60,605 bases of DNA from Candidatus Woesearchaeota archaeon (GTDB taxonomy: Archaea; Nanobdellota; Nanobdellia; Woesearchaeales; DSVV01), in assembly GCA_038884615.1 (NCBI GenBank), contig JAWABL010000006.1, positions 1 to 60,605 on the forward strand. The letters run 5' to 3'. Below the pieces are notes generated by a model. It was not told where the DNA came from, did not search any database, and saw nothing but the letters and a program-made list of their open reading frames with translations. Both the position numbers and the translations under genes were made by a program. Shown here piece after piece: positions 19,725-29,000 of this stretch (the first letter of the stretch is position 1; each line of letters opens with the position of its first letter).

Positions 19725-20795
19725 ATGAGATCATATATAAGCCTTATCACAACGGCGTTTCTTCAGAAGCATGGCTTACCAAATTTAATTTCTCATAAGT
19801 ATTTTTCAGAGGGTTCAAATAAAAGAGATGGAAATTTGCCTTTTTTTTTCCTTCCTTATAACATCTCAATAACTATTACATGGCGTTGCGATTCAAGATG
19901 CTATATGTGCAACATTTGGAAGAATAAAACACACGAACTCTCGTTTGACGAGTGGAAAAGAGTCTTTGCAAGTATGGGCAGAAGCCCCTTCTTTGCAACA
20001 TTCACAGGGGGGAACCAGTTTCTAAGAGACGATTTTTCTGATATAGTAAATGAGTTTATAAGGATATGCAAGCCAAGGATAATAACTATACCAATAAGCG
20101 GGACAATGCCTGCAAAGATATACAGCCAAGTTCTTAAGATTGCCAAAGCATGTGAAAAAAACAAGGTTTTGCTTTATCTAAACCTCTCGCTTGACGGTCT
20201 AAGAGATGTGCACAACAGCATAAGGGGTGTAAAGAGCTACCAAAAAACACTAATGGCATTTAGAATGCTAAAGAGAATAAGAAAAAAGGGCATTCATCTT
20301 GGTATAATTACAGTAGTGTCTAAAATGAACAAAGAACAACTTGAAATGCTTCAAAAAGAAGTTGCTAGACTGAAGCCCAAATCGCATTATATAGAGTTTG
20401 TCCAAGAGAGAAGAGAGCTGTGTAATATAGGAGAAGGCATTGAACTTAGCCAGCAGGATGTCGCAGATATTGCTTGTAAGCTACAAAGCTATAAAAGCCA
20501 GAAGCACATCGGGCTTAAAGGAACCATGAGAAAAAAATACTACAGCCTTGTAAATAAAGCAGTATCAAAAAAGATTACTCCAGTATGTTATGCTGGAATT
20601 TCAAGTATCCAGATTGCGCCAAATGGGGATGTTTGGCGATGCGGGCAGAAGGGAGAGGTTATTGGAAATTTGAGAGATACGCAATATAACATTAAAAGGA
20701 TTCTTTTTGCAGTGCCAAGAAAAAAAATAAAAGGATGCTTCTGCTATAATACAAATGTGCAGTACTCAAATATGCTAAACGGGCTGGTTCCATGA
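19725..20795 (+). CDS. Radical SAM protein with twitch/SPASM domain
   Basis: CDSRCYMC, TGGNQFLR, SLDG, CYAG...GDVWRC...GNLR; resembles 6401..7555. Confidence 0.88.
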   Translation: MRSYISLITTAFLQKHGLPNLISHKYFSEGSNKRDGNLPFFFLPYNISITITWRCDSRCYMCNIWKNKTHELSFDEWKRVFASMGRSPFFATFTGGNQFLRDDFSDIVNEFIRICKPRIITIPISGTMPAKIYSQVLKIAKACEKNKVLLYLNLSLDGLRDVHNSIRGVKSYQKTLMAFRMLKRIRKKGIHLGIITVVSKMNKEQLEMLQKEVARLKPKSHYIEFVQERRELCNIGEGIELSQQDVADIACKLQSYKSQKHIGLKGTMRKKYYSLVNKAVSKKITPVCYAGISSIQIAPNGDVWRCGQKGEVIGNLRDTQYNIKRILFAVPRKKIKGCFCYNTNVQYSNMLNGLVP

Positions 20796-21010
20796 GAGAG
20801 GTTATGTTTTTATTTATGCTTTTGAACCTTTTTGCAAGCTCTTCAACAATTGCATATTCTTATGTTGACCCTGGAACTGGTGGGATGGTTATAAAATCTA
20901 TATGGATGTATATTTTAGGTCTCTTTGGATTTGTCATCGGCCTATTTTTCATGCCAATAAAAAAGGGAGTCGTCTATTTATGGAAAAAAATAAAAGGAAA
21001 AGGAGATTGA
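20792..21010 (+). CDS. Small membrane protein with YxDPGTG motif
   Basis: Signal-like N-terminus, AYSYVDPGTGG, one hydrophobic helix, basic tail; overlaps both neighbours as in an operon. Confidence 0.7.
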   Translation: MREVMFLFMLLNLFASSSTIAYSYVDPGTGGMVIKSIWMYILGLFGFVIGLFFMPIKKGVVYLWKKIKGKGD

Positions 21011-22884
21011 CCGGCATTATGCTTATAGCTACTGCGACGCTCCTTCTGGCGCTGCCTATGATAACTCTACTATGGAAGGAAGCAAAAAAAAATGAGGATG
21101 CGCATTATAAAAGAGTTCTTGTTATAGGGATTGACGGGATGGACTACAGAATAGCAAAGACCATGATAGAACAAGGCAAACTTCCAAACTTTAAGAGGCT
21201 TTCCGAGCAGGGGGGATTCAGGATGCTTACTCCTGAAAATCCTGCACAAAGCCCTGTTGTGTGGACAAGCATTGCTACCGGAAAAAACCCTGGCAAGCAC
21301 GGTGTTTTTGACTATGTAATTCGTGAGCCCGAAACATACATACTTAAAGTCGGACTCTTCAGTACGGATTATGGCCTGTTTGGAACAACCTACAAAAGTG
21401 CTGTAAAAAGCGATGCTTTCTGGAAACAGTGCGACTGCAGAGCAACAATAATAAGATGGCCACTCACTTTTCCACCTGAAAAAATAAAAGGAAGTATGCT
21501 ATCTGGGCTAGGCGTTCCCGATATAAAAGGATATCTATCTGGCTATACTTTTTATACCGAAAAAAATACGAAAAAACCAGAGAAAACAACAAATAAGATA
21601 GTCATTGTCAAGCCTGAAGACGGAAAAATTTCAACCCATATAGCTGGGCCGGTTTTTAATGGGCTCACAGAAACAAGCCAATTGTCCGCGCCAATGAGTA
21701 TCACGATTAATGAAAAAAGCATTGTTCTTGATATTGATGGCAAAGAGTACAGCATTAAAGAAAAGAGATGGAGCGACTGGATTGAAGTTAGCTTTGGGAA
21801 GGCGGATAGTAAAATAAAAGGAATGTTTAAGGTGTATCTTATAAGAACAACGCCTTTTGAAATGTATGTCACAGCTGTGCAAATTAACCCAAAAAGACCT
21901 TTACTCCCTATATCCTATCCAAATGAATACTCAACATACCTTGCAGAGAAGGTTGGACTTTTTTATACCCTCGGTCAGTCTGAGGAAACTGACGGGTTTG
22001 ACGACGGATTTTTGCCAGAAGAAGCACTGGCTGAACAGATTAAGGAGATTGAAAATGAGAGAGAGAAAATATTTTGGAGTGAGTTTGAAAAGTTTGAAGA
22101 AGGTATCTTTGCAATTGTATTTGACAGCTCAGACAGACTACAGCATGTCTTAAGCCAAAAATCTGTTGAGGAGTACTATATGGAAAAAGATATTTTCTTG
22201 GGGAAAGTTCTTGATAGCATAAAGTCCGACACGCTTATACTTGTCTTTTCGGATCATGGTATAAGCAACTATAACAAATCTGTAAATCTTAACGCATGGC
22301 TTGTCAAAAATGGCTATATGAGCCTACGAGAGAGCTCACAAGATGAGTCTAGCATTGCTATGTATTCAAAAAATAAGAAAGCACCATACTACAATGTGAA
22401 CTGGAATGAAACAATCGCCTATTCTGTAGGGTTTACAGGCATATATATAAACCAAAAGGGAAGAGAAAAAAACGGAATTGTTGAACCTTCAGGTAAGGAC
22501 GACATTCTTAATGAAATTTCCGCAAAACTAACTAGCCTAAAAGATCCTGTAACAGGTGAGCAAGTGGTCGCAAAAGTCTATAAAAGTAAAGATATATACT
22601 TCGGCGACCAAGTCTTATATTCACCTGACCTTGTAGTAGGGTTTATGCCAGGCTATAGGACAAGCACAGAAAGCGCAATAGGGCTAACAAGCGAAGAAGT
22701 GATATCTAACAACAGAAGAGAATGGAGAAGGGACCATATAATTGACCCCTCATTTGTACCTGGCGTTCTCTTCTCAAATGCAAGGGTAGAAGATGCTACA
22801 GCACGGGATATCGCGCCTACAATACTTTATGCTCTTGGAAAGAAAATACCTAAGGATATTGATGGGAGAGTGTTGATAAAGTGA
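20980..22884 (+). CDS. Alkaline phosphatase superfamily (type I phosphodiesterase/nucleotide pyrophosphatase-like) membrane-anchored protein
   Basis: IGIDG, SPVVWTSIATGKNPGKHGVFD, SDHG, DIAPT. The start is probably ATG 20980, after GGGAG (ORF track starts at 20902). Confidence 0.88.
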   Translation: MEKNKRKRRLTGIMLIATATLLLALPMITLLWKEAKKNEDAHYKRVLVIGIDGMDYRIAKTMIEQGKLPNFKRLSEQGGFRMLTPENPAQSPVVWTSIATGKNPGKHGVFDYVIREPETYILKVGLFSTDYGLFGTTYKSAVKSDAFWKQCDCRATIIRWPLTFPPEKIKGSMLSGLGVPDIKGYLSGYTFYTEKNTKKPEKTTNKIVIVKPEDGKISTHIAGPVFNGLTETSQLSAPMSITINEKSIVLDIDGKEYSIKEKRWSDWIEVSFGKADSKIKGMFKVYLIRTTPFEMYVTAVQINPKRPLLPISYPNEYSTYLAEKVGLFYTLGQSEETDGFDDGFLPEEALAEQIKEIENEREKIFWSEFEKFEEGIFAIVFDSSDRLQHVLSQKSVEEYYMEKDIFLGKVLDSIKSDTLILVFSDHGISNYNKSVNLNAWLVKNGYMSLRESSQDESSIAMYSKNKKAPYYNVNWNETIAYSVGFTGIYINQKGREKNGIVEPSGKDDILNEISAKLTSLKDPVTGEQVVAKVYKSKDIYFGDQVLYSPDLVVGFMPGYRTSTESAIGLTSEEVISNNRREWRRDHIIDPSFVPGVLFSNARVEDATARDIAPTILYALGKKIPKDIDGRVLIK

Positions 22885-24161
22885 GGTCGATTTTCGCAGC
22901 TGCTATAATAGGTTTTTTGCTTCTTTCTGCATGCAACAAAGAAGAGGAGTTTTTGCCAGATAGCCTCTCATGCAAAGGGTGCAACATCGTTGTTATAACG
23001 ATGGACTCGCTTAGGGCTGATAGGCTTGGCTGCTACGGTTATCCACTTAGCACAAGCCCAAATATAGACAAGTTTGCAGAAAAGTCAATAATATTTAGTG
23101 ATGCTACGAGCATATGCGGCTCGACATTCTGCGCAATCCCAGCGCTGATGACATCTAAGTATCCTTATACAGACAATCTTATGGAAGGATTAAGGCTTAA
23201 GCAAGAGGCGGTCACAATATCTGAAATATTAAGAAAAGAGGGATATGATACAAGAGGTGTGGTAACTGTATCGCTTGTTAATTCAGAGAGCGGCAACATG
23301 CAGGGTTTTGATTACTATGATGACATCTTTATTGAGTATGAGCCTGCCAAAATAACAAGAAGGAGGGCTGAAAAAAGTTTAGAAAATGCAGTTGAGCCTT
23401 TTTTTATTTGGGTCCATTTCTGGCAGCCGCACGAGCCTTATACTCCGTCGTCTTATTCAAGAACAATTATTGAAGCGCAGTCGCGGTTATTCGGAAATAT
23501 TGACGAAAATAAAAACAAAGAGCCGTCTACATTCAGAATATATGGGCTAGACACAAGCAAAGAAATTGTAGAGAAGCAAAATCGCAGAAAAGAGAATCTA
23601 AAAAACCTTAGCATTATGTATGACGCAAGCATCTATGATGTTGACAACGAAGTAGGAAAATTCCTAAAAAAACTTGAGCCTTTCAAAAACAGAACAATTA
23701 TTATAATAACCTCAGACCATGGCGAGCTGCTTGGAGAGTATGAAGCAGTAAGCCACAACAACCTCTATTATGAAGGGCTTCATGTGCCATTGATAATTCA
23801 CCATCCTAACAACGCTCATCTAGTTATCAACAAGCCTATTATGTCTGTGGACATAGTTCCCACCATTCTTGACATGCTTGAAATTAAAATAGACTATTCT
23901 TTTAGAGGAGAAAACCTTTTTGAAACAAATAGAGAGTTTCAGTACGCAGAATATTCATATGGATATGCAGTGAAAAAAGGGGATGTTCAGCTAATTAAAT
24001 TTCCTGAACCCATAATAATAAATATCTCCGACCCGACAAAAAGAGTTCAGAATCAAAAAGAGCTGATTGAGGAGCTAGGGTCTCTTGCACCAAAAAGAAA
24101 TTTTACCTACAATGGCGTTGATGAGTTTGAACTTTTAAGGTCAATTGGATATATAGGATAG
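22881..24161 (+). CDS. Sulfatase-like hydrolase/transferase, possible lipoprotein
   Basis: LLLSAC lipobox-like; MDSLRAD.LG.YG, PH.PY, TSDHGE, HVPLII, DIVPT, LRSIGY. Confidence 0.85.
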   Translation: MRSIFAAAIIGFLLLSACNKEEEFLPDSLSCKGCNIVVITMDSLRADRLGCYGYPLSTSPNIDKFAEKSIIFSDATSICGSTFCAIPALMTSKYPYTDNLMEGLRLKQEAVTISEILRKEGYDTRGVVTVSLVNSESGNMQGFDYYDDIFIEYEPAKITRRRAEKSLENAVEPFFIWVHFWQPHEPYTPSSYSRTIIEAQSRLFGNIDENKNKEPSTFRIYGLDTSKEIVEKQNRRKENLKNLSIMYDASIYDVDNEVGKFLKKLEPFKNRTIIIITSDHGELLGEYEAVSHNNLYYEGLHVPLIIHHPNNAHLVINKPIMSVDIVPTILDMLEIKIDYSFRGENLFETNREFQYAEYSYGYAVKKGDVQLIKFPEPIIINISDPTKRVQNQKELIEELGSLAPKRNFTYNGVDEFELLRSIGYIG

Positions 24162-24320
24162 GCTGAAGATATATAATTGGCGGAATAGATAGGGATATAA
24201 AGTATAGAAGGGATGTAAGGAGGGGAGGGTATACATATTATACATATATAATACTGAACATCCTTTATATAGATTTACTGCAAGCCAATAAGGAAGTTAT
24301 ATATACTAATTATATATTAA

Positions 24321-24430
24321 TTAATATTAATTAATATTAATTAATATTAATTAATATTAATTATATACTAATCATTATATACTAATCATTATATACTAAT
24401 CATTATATACTAATCATTATATACTAATCT
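24321..24430. repeat. AT-rich tandem repeats: (TTAATATTAA)x4 then (TTATATACTAATCA)x~5
   Basis: Read directly. The 10-mer is palindromic and there are no spacers. Confidence 0.9.
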
Positions 24431-24522
24431 ATTTTATATATCACTTCCTTTTGTTGTACAGAAAGTATTTACAGGTTACTAGCTGTATTGACTATAATGG
24501 CTAAAACTAAGGAAAAAAGGCG

Positions 24523-25239
24523 ATGACCAGAAAAATGAGCATAATAGATAATGCAATTGGAAAAGAGAAGAAAGGTAAAAAAGTTTACATGAAGATTTTT
24601 ATATCTGCGGTGGTATTTTTACTTGTTTTTTTCGGAGGAGCTATCGGCGTGTTCCTTTACAAGGAACACAAAAAGGAGCTTGCAGAGGAGAAGTTTATAG
24701 AGGGACTTGAGTATTTCAGACACTACCGTTACTTTGCTGCGCTGATGAGTCTTGAAAAATCAATCGAAATGTATCCAACAGACAAAGCCTACTTGCTAAG
24801 AGGCATCTGCTGGCTAAAAGTTGGCGACCAAAAATTGGCGCAACAAGACTTTAAAATGGCGTCAAGAACTGAAAACAAAACTATTCTTGCATCTAGCATG
24901 GCTTATCAAGGTTTTATTTATATGTTTTATGATAACGATCTTGAACTTGCACTGCAGAAAGTGAATCAAGCAGAGCAGATACTACCAACATATGAAGTGC
25001 TCTTAATAACCGGCGCAGTTTACCTAAGAGCAAATCAAACTGAAGTGGCGATGGATTATGCATCAAGAGCTCTTGAAATGAACCCACTAAGACCAGATGC
25101 ATACGCCCTGAAAGGCCGTGCTTACCAAAAGATGAATGACGAAGAAAATGCGTCATTTTATTTTCAAAAAGCACTTGATATAAACCCTGAAATGCACAAG
25201 GACCCTTTTTATAGGTATCTACAAGATTATAAAAAATGA
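24523..25239 (+). CDS. Membrane-anchored TPR protein
   Basis: One TM helix followed by TPR-type repeats (AY..RG, A..ALE.NP, F.KALDINP). Confidence 0.85.
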   Translation: MTRKMSIIDNAIGKEKKGKKVYMKIFISAVVFLLVFFGGAIGVFLYKEHKKELAEEKFIEGLEYFRHYRYFAALMSLEKSIEMYPTDKAYLLRGICWLKVGDQKLAQQDFKMASRTENKTILASSMAYQGFIYMFYDNDLELALQKVNQAEQILPTYEVLLITGAVYLRANQTEVAMDYASRALEMNPLRPDAYALKGRAYQKMNDEENASFYFQKALDINPEMHKDPFYRYLQDYKK

Positions 25240-26444
25240 GATTATATTATACGCCTTATTCTCAAACAGGAATGACTGGAGCAGGGCTTTATTATGAGCA
25301 GATATCAGAACTACTAAAAAAAACAGCTCAACCCTTTAACCCCTTGCAGACTCCTGAAGGGGATATTGTAAGTACAATCGGACCGTTTGCACAAATATTC
25401 TTTTATAACCGGCTGATTAAAAAACAAAACTTCAGAATAGTTCGTGATGTTCTTACAGCATTTTATGCAGGTTATATCCTCCAGGAAGGATTATGCCTAT
25501 ATGACACAAGAGAGCACGATAGGATTATTTTTCCAAGCGAGTACTGCAGACAGGTTTTTTTAAAACTTTTTCCTCATAGATACAATGAAATATTTGTCTG
25601 CCATCCTATTATTTCAAGCTTGCCTACCAAAATAGAAAGAAGAAAAAGAAGCAAAGAGCTAACAATAGGGTATCTTGGAAGATTGTGCATGGACAAGAAT
25701 TTCGACCAGTGCCTTGAAGTTTTTGTAGAAGTATATAAAAGGCTGAACGGCAAAGCGAGATTCATTGTCCACGGAAACAGTTCCCCTGAATTTACACCTC
25801 AAAAAGTAAGAAAGTTCCTTAAAGAAAAGGGAGTCGCTCCTCTAAAATATTTTCATGAAACAAGTACACTCCCATATCATAAAGCCCTAAGTATGCTGAA
25901 TAAAATTGATGTCCTACTTTTTCTTTCAACAAGCACGCATGAGTCTCTTGGAAGAGTTATTCTTGAAGCAAATCATTTTGGGGTTCCTGTTGTTGCCGCA
26001 ATGCACGGCGCTGCGCCAGAAGTTCTTCCAAAATCAAACCTAGTCGCGGTTAGATATTATAAAAAAGAATATCCGCTTGATAATGTATTCTCATTAGGAA
26101 GAGTTGATGTTGATACTGTTGTTGAGAAGTGTCTTGATTATGAAAATCTTAAGATTGGCTCTAATAAGGCATATGAAGGACACGAAGACAAGTTTAGAAG
26201 AATAGTTAATGGAGAATCTATAAAAGAGAAGCATGCTAAAATTTCAGAGCCAGTACGTAGGTTTCTTGCAAGAACAAGCGTGACTTTGAATTATGATTAT
26301 AGATTTAATTTTGAATCTGCATCAAGAGTAACCATAGATTATCTAAAAAAATTTTTCAAAAAAAATAGATTTGGAGATATACCAAAGATTTCAGCAGGGC
26401 TTACAAAACATCTTAATTATATACCTATACTAAGCATAAAATAA
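25236..26444 (+). CDS. Glycosyltransferase GT4, paralog of 7552..9000
   Basis: GRLCMDKN, STHESLGRVILEA..FGVPVV; shares the FRIxRDV...GYxxQE motif. Confidence 0.88.
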   Translation: MRLYYTPYSQTGMTGAGLYYEQISELLKKTAQPFNPLQTPEGDIVSTIGPFAQIFFYNRLIKKQNFRIVRDVLTAFYAGYILQEGLCLYDTREHDRIIFPSEYCRQVFLKLFPHRYNEIFVCHPIISSLPTKIERRKRSKELTIGYLGRLCMDKNFDQCLEVFVEVYKRLNGKARFIVHGNSSPEFTPQKVRKFLKEKGVAPLKYFHETSTLPYHKALSMLNKIDVLLFLSTSTHESLGRVILEANHFGVPVVAAMHGAAPEVLPKSNLVAVRYYKKEYPLDNVFSLGRVDVDTVVEKCLDYENLKIGSNKAYEGHEDKFRRIVNGESIKEKHAKISEPVRRFLARTSVTLNYDYRFNFESASRVTIDYLKKFFKKNRFGDIPKISAGLTKHLNYIPILSIK

Positions 26445-26529
26445 GTAAAAAACATGAAATAAAACGAAGCATGCATAAAAACTAAGCAAATTAAGCGTTA
26501 AAAAAATCGTATAAATCTTACCTGAAAAA

Positions 26530-27252
26530 TCATTCAAGCTCTGATGCAAATATAAATCTATAGGGCAAACCCCACAATGAAGATTCTTTGTCTGTAAGGA
26601 CATAAACTTCATACCTACCATAGGAAAGTACATCAACATCAATATCCTGCATGCCGAGAAGAGTCAAGTCAACATAAGAAGGAAAGAACTTTTTACGCTC
26701 TGCAATTGCATTTGCTAGAGTATGCACACTCTTGAACCTTACAGGGATGGTGACTGAAAAATCGTTGAACTGCCTCCGACCATTTGCAATTTTTGCAATG
26801 ACATCCATCTCAACATCTACAACCACACTCTTTTCAGTAAATTTTGTGTGTGCTATAGGTATGCCTATGCTTTCAAAGAAGGCGTCTTTGTTTGGAAATG
26901 AACCAAGACATATTAAGGTCTCACGCTCAACAAAGAGCTCATGCTCAGCCTGTATGCTCCTGAGGGGCGGAAGTGATATCGTTTTATTTGTATATGCATA
27001 GCTAATGTTTCCGTAACGCATATTTTCAAACGGCGCGTTGATTTTTATCCAGCCCCCTTGCCTACCGATGATGTAAAGGCCTCTTTCTGCCGACTTCCGT
27101 ACGCATTGTTCTACATAGTCGTGTATAGTTGAACCAGTGTTTGCACTATTAAGTCTGAACTCTTTTAGACCAATAAGGAAAAAGCCAAGTACCATAAGAA
27201 TCATCAGACCCAACACCAAAAAAAGCGAAACCTGACCAGATTTTACCTCCAT
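26530..27252 (-). CDS. Hypothetical protein with class III (prepilin-like) signal peptide
   Basis: KSG|QVSLFLVLGLMILMV; YVEQC...GRQGG. Confidence 0.75.
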   Translation of the reverse strand: MEVKSGQVSLFLVLGLMILMVLGFFLIGLKEFRLNSANTGSTIHDYVEQCVRKSAERGLYIIGRQGGWIKINAPFENMRYGNISYAYTNKTISLPPLRSIQAEHELFVERETLICLGSFPNKDAFFESIGIPIAHTKFTEKSVVVDVEMDVIAKIANGRRQFNDFSVTIPVRFKSVHTLANAIAERKKFFPSYVDLTLLGMQDIDVDVLSYGRYEVYVLTDKESSLWGLPYRFIFASELE

Positions 27253-28898
27253 ATCAACGCCTCCTCATATTCTTTCAGCTGCTGTGATCCTTGTGCATAA
27301 AGCCTTACAGTATTGCCACTTTGGCCTCTGTATTGTCTTAAAACCTCACCTATTTCTATTTTGGATAGAAAGTTTGAAGTCTGGTAATCTATAATTTTCA
27401 CTGGTTTCTTGTCTGCACTTATAACACCGAAGCGGTTGTCTGCCAATTCAAGGATGCTAAAGTAGGAGCTTGTAGTTATTGTTGACTCAGAGGGGTTAGT
27501 ATTTTCTATTCTTAGGGTTGCAAGGTCGTTTTTGTCAAGCATCTGCATCAATGCAAAGTTTTCTTTCTCTCTACTATCATAAGAATCAACAAAATGGGTA
27601 TTGTTCCAGCTGCGATAAATTATCCTTCCTTGAAAGCTTGCATTATGTTTAAGAAAATCAACTTGCCCATCAGATGGTTTATAGAGGGGCAAGCTTTTTC
27701 TCAAACAGATAGTATAATAGTCAGAATAAGCGTTAGAGACTTCAAACGAGGAAAGAAGAACTCTCCTGTCAATATAAGTGTAGTTTGAGCCATACGAAAG
27801 ATTGACGTACATAAAACCATCCCGATAGTTAAGCTCTGCAGACACCGTACTAGGAGTTGTCACAATCTCTTGGAAGCTTTCGCCTTCAAAGACCATCATT
27901 GCATGAAACACCTCATAAACAAGGAATCCTGCTTTTTTTGTGATTCGCACGACAGCATCGCTTCCATAAAGCCTTATAAAAGGAGGAGAAGGTACCGCAA
28001 ACCCAATGCTTATATTAAGCTGGTCTCCTGAAATAAGCAAAGATTCTCCTGCTCTTTCAAGTCTAACCTTATTGCTATCGCCAAAATCAATACGAATAAT
28101 AGAGTTGTCAATAAAGTTATATGCAAAAAGCGAGCTACTGTGCTCAGCGCTTTGAACAAGCATGTCTTGTTCGGATGTGCTGTTCAGCATAATTTTTGAA
28201 ACATTCCATAAAAGAAAACCATTGAAAGAAAAGTTTTCTGCTGTTATTACCTTGTTGTCAAGGGACATATTAAAGACATCTTTATATTTCCTGTCCCCTA
28301 TTTTAAAAGACTTTGCGATAATCCTCCCTGTTTTAGTAAATGAGAGATTTTCAACCTCTTTTAGAGTAGTTTCGCCTATGGTAACAAGGTCGGCATGGAT
28401 TATGTTACCGTTGTCATCAATATACACATTCTTTGAAGGACCAATCTTTCCCCCGTAATAATGCTCACACTGCCCATTCTTGCATAGAAACATCGGCGGA
28501 CAGTCTATCTTAGCAAAATAAGTCGCATCAACCATATAACCATTTACAAAGCCTTCCATAAGCGTCCCTGAATCAAGACAATAATCTACTGCAGGATTTT
28601 CACCAGCGCCGATACCTCCAACTTTTATTGCCTCCGACTTTATAAAGATGTCAAGGCAAGTATCATACGCAAACACGCTGCATAGACAGTTTTTCTCGTT
28701 TGCAGTTTCCTTTCCATTAAAATTAGTTCTTGCGCATATTCTCTCATCATTTGCGTCAAAGTAAATTGCCTTTCCAAACTGGATGAAAGCGTTTCCTGTG
28801 CCTATGACCTCAAGCTGAGTTATATCAAAATTAGTGGAGTAGACAGCAAGAACCGGCGTTGTTAAAAGTAGGAACAGAAAAAAAATATATAGTTTCAT
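27243..28898 (-). CDS. Hypothetical secreted protein, Cys-rich N-terminus and beta-rich body
   Basis: Sec-type signal ending VLA; DYCLD...IDCPPMFLCKNGQC module. Confidence 0.75.
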   Translation of the reverse strand: MKLYIFFLFLLLTTPVLAVYSTNFDITQLEVIGTGNAFIQFGKAIYFDANDERICARTNFNGKETANEKNCLCSVFAYDTCLDIFIKSEAIKVGGIGAGENPAVDYCLDSGTLMEGFVNGYMVDATYFAKIDCPPMFLCKNGQCEHYYGGKIGPSKNVYIDDNGNIIHADLVTIGETTLKEVENLSFTKTGRIIAKSFKIGDRKYKDVFNMSLDNKVITAENFSFNGFLLWNVSKIMLNSTSEQDMLVQSAEHSSSLFAYNFIDNSIIRIDFGDSNKVRLERAGESLLISGDQLNISIGFAVPSPPFIRLYGSDAVVRITKKAGFLVYEVFHAMMVFEGESFQEIVTTPSTVSAELNYRDGFMYVNLSYGSNYTYIDRRVLLSSFEVSNAYSDYYTICLRKSLPLYKPSDGQVDFLKHNASFQGRIIYRSWNNTHFVDSYDSREKENFALMQMLDKNDLATLRIENTNPSESTITTSSYFSILELADNRFGVISADKKPVKIIDYQTSNFLSKIEIGEVLRQYRGQSGNTVRLYAQGSQQLKEYEEALIWR

Positions 28899-29000
28899 TT
28901 ACGAACCCCTTTTTATCGTCCAACTCTATTTTTCCTTTGTATTTTTTATAACGCGCCTTTTAAAATTAAAAACTTTTTTAAAATTAAAAAGTAGGGCATT

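Noticed and set aside
24296-24430. Possible CRISPR array (also 43766-43824)
   Set aside because: Units are 10-15 bp head-to-tail with no unique spacers, and there are no cas genes.
24497-24526. MAKTKEKRR micro-ORF as RiPP precursor
   Set aside because: Nine codons with no leader/core features; no support.
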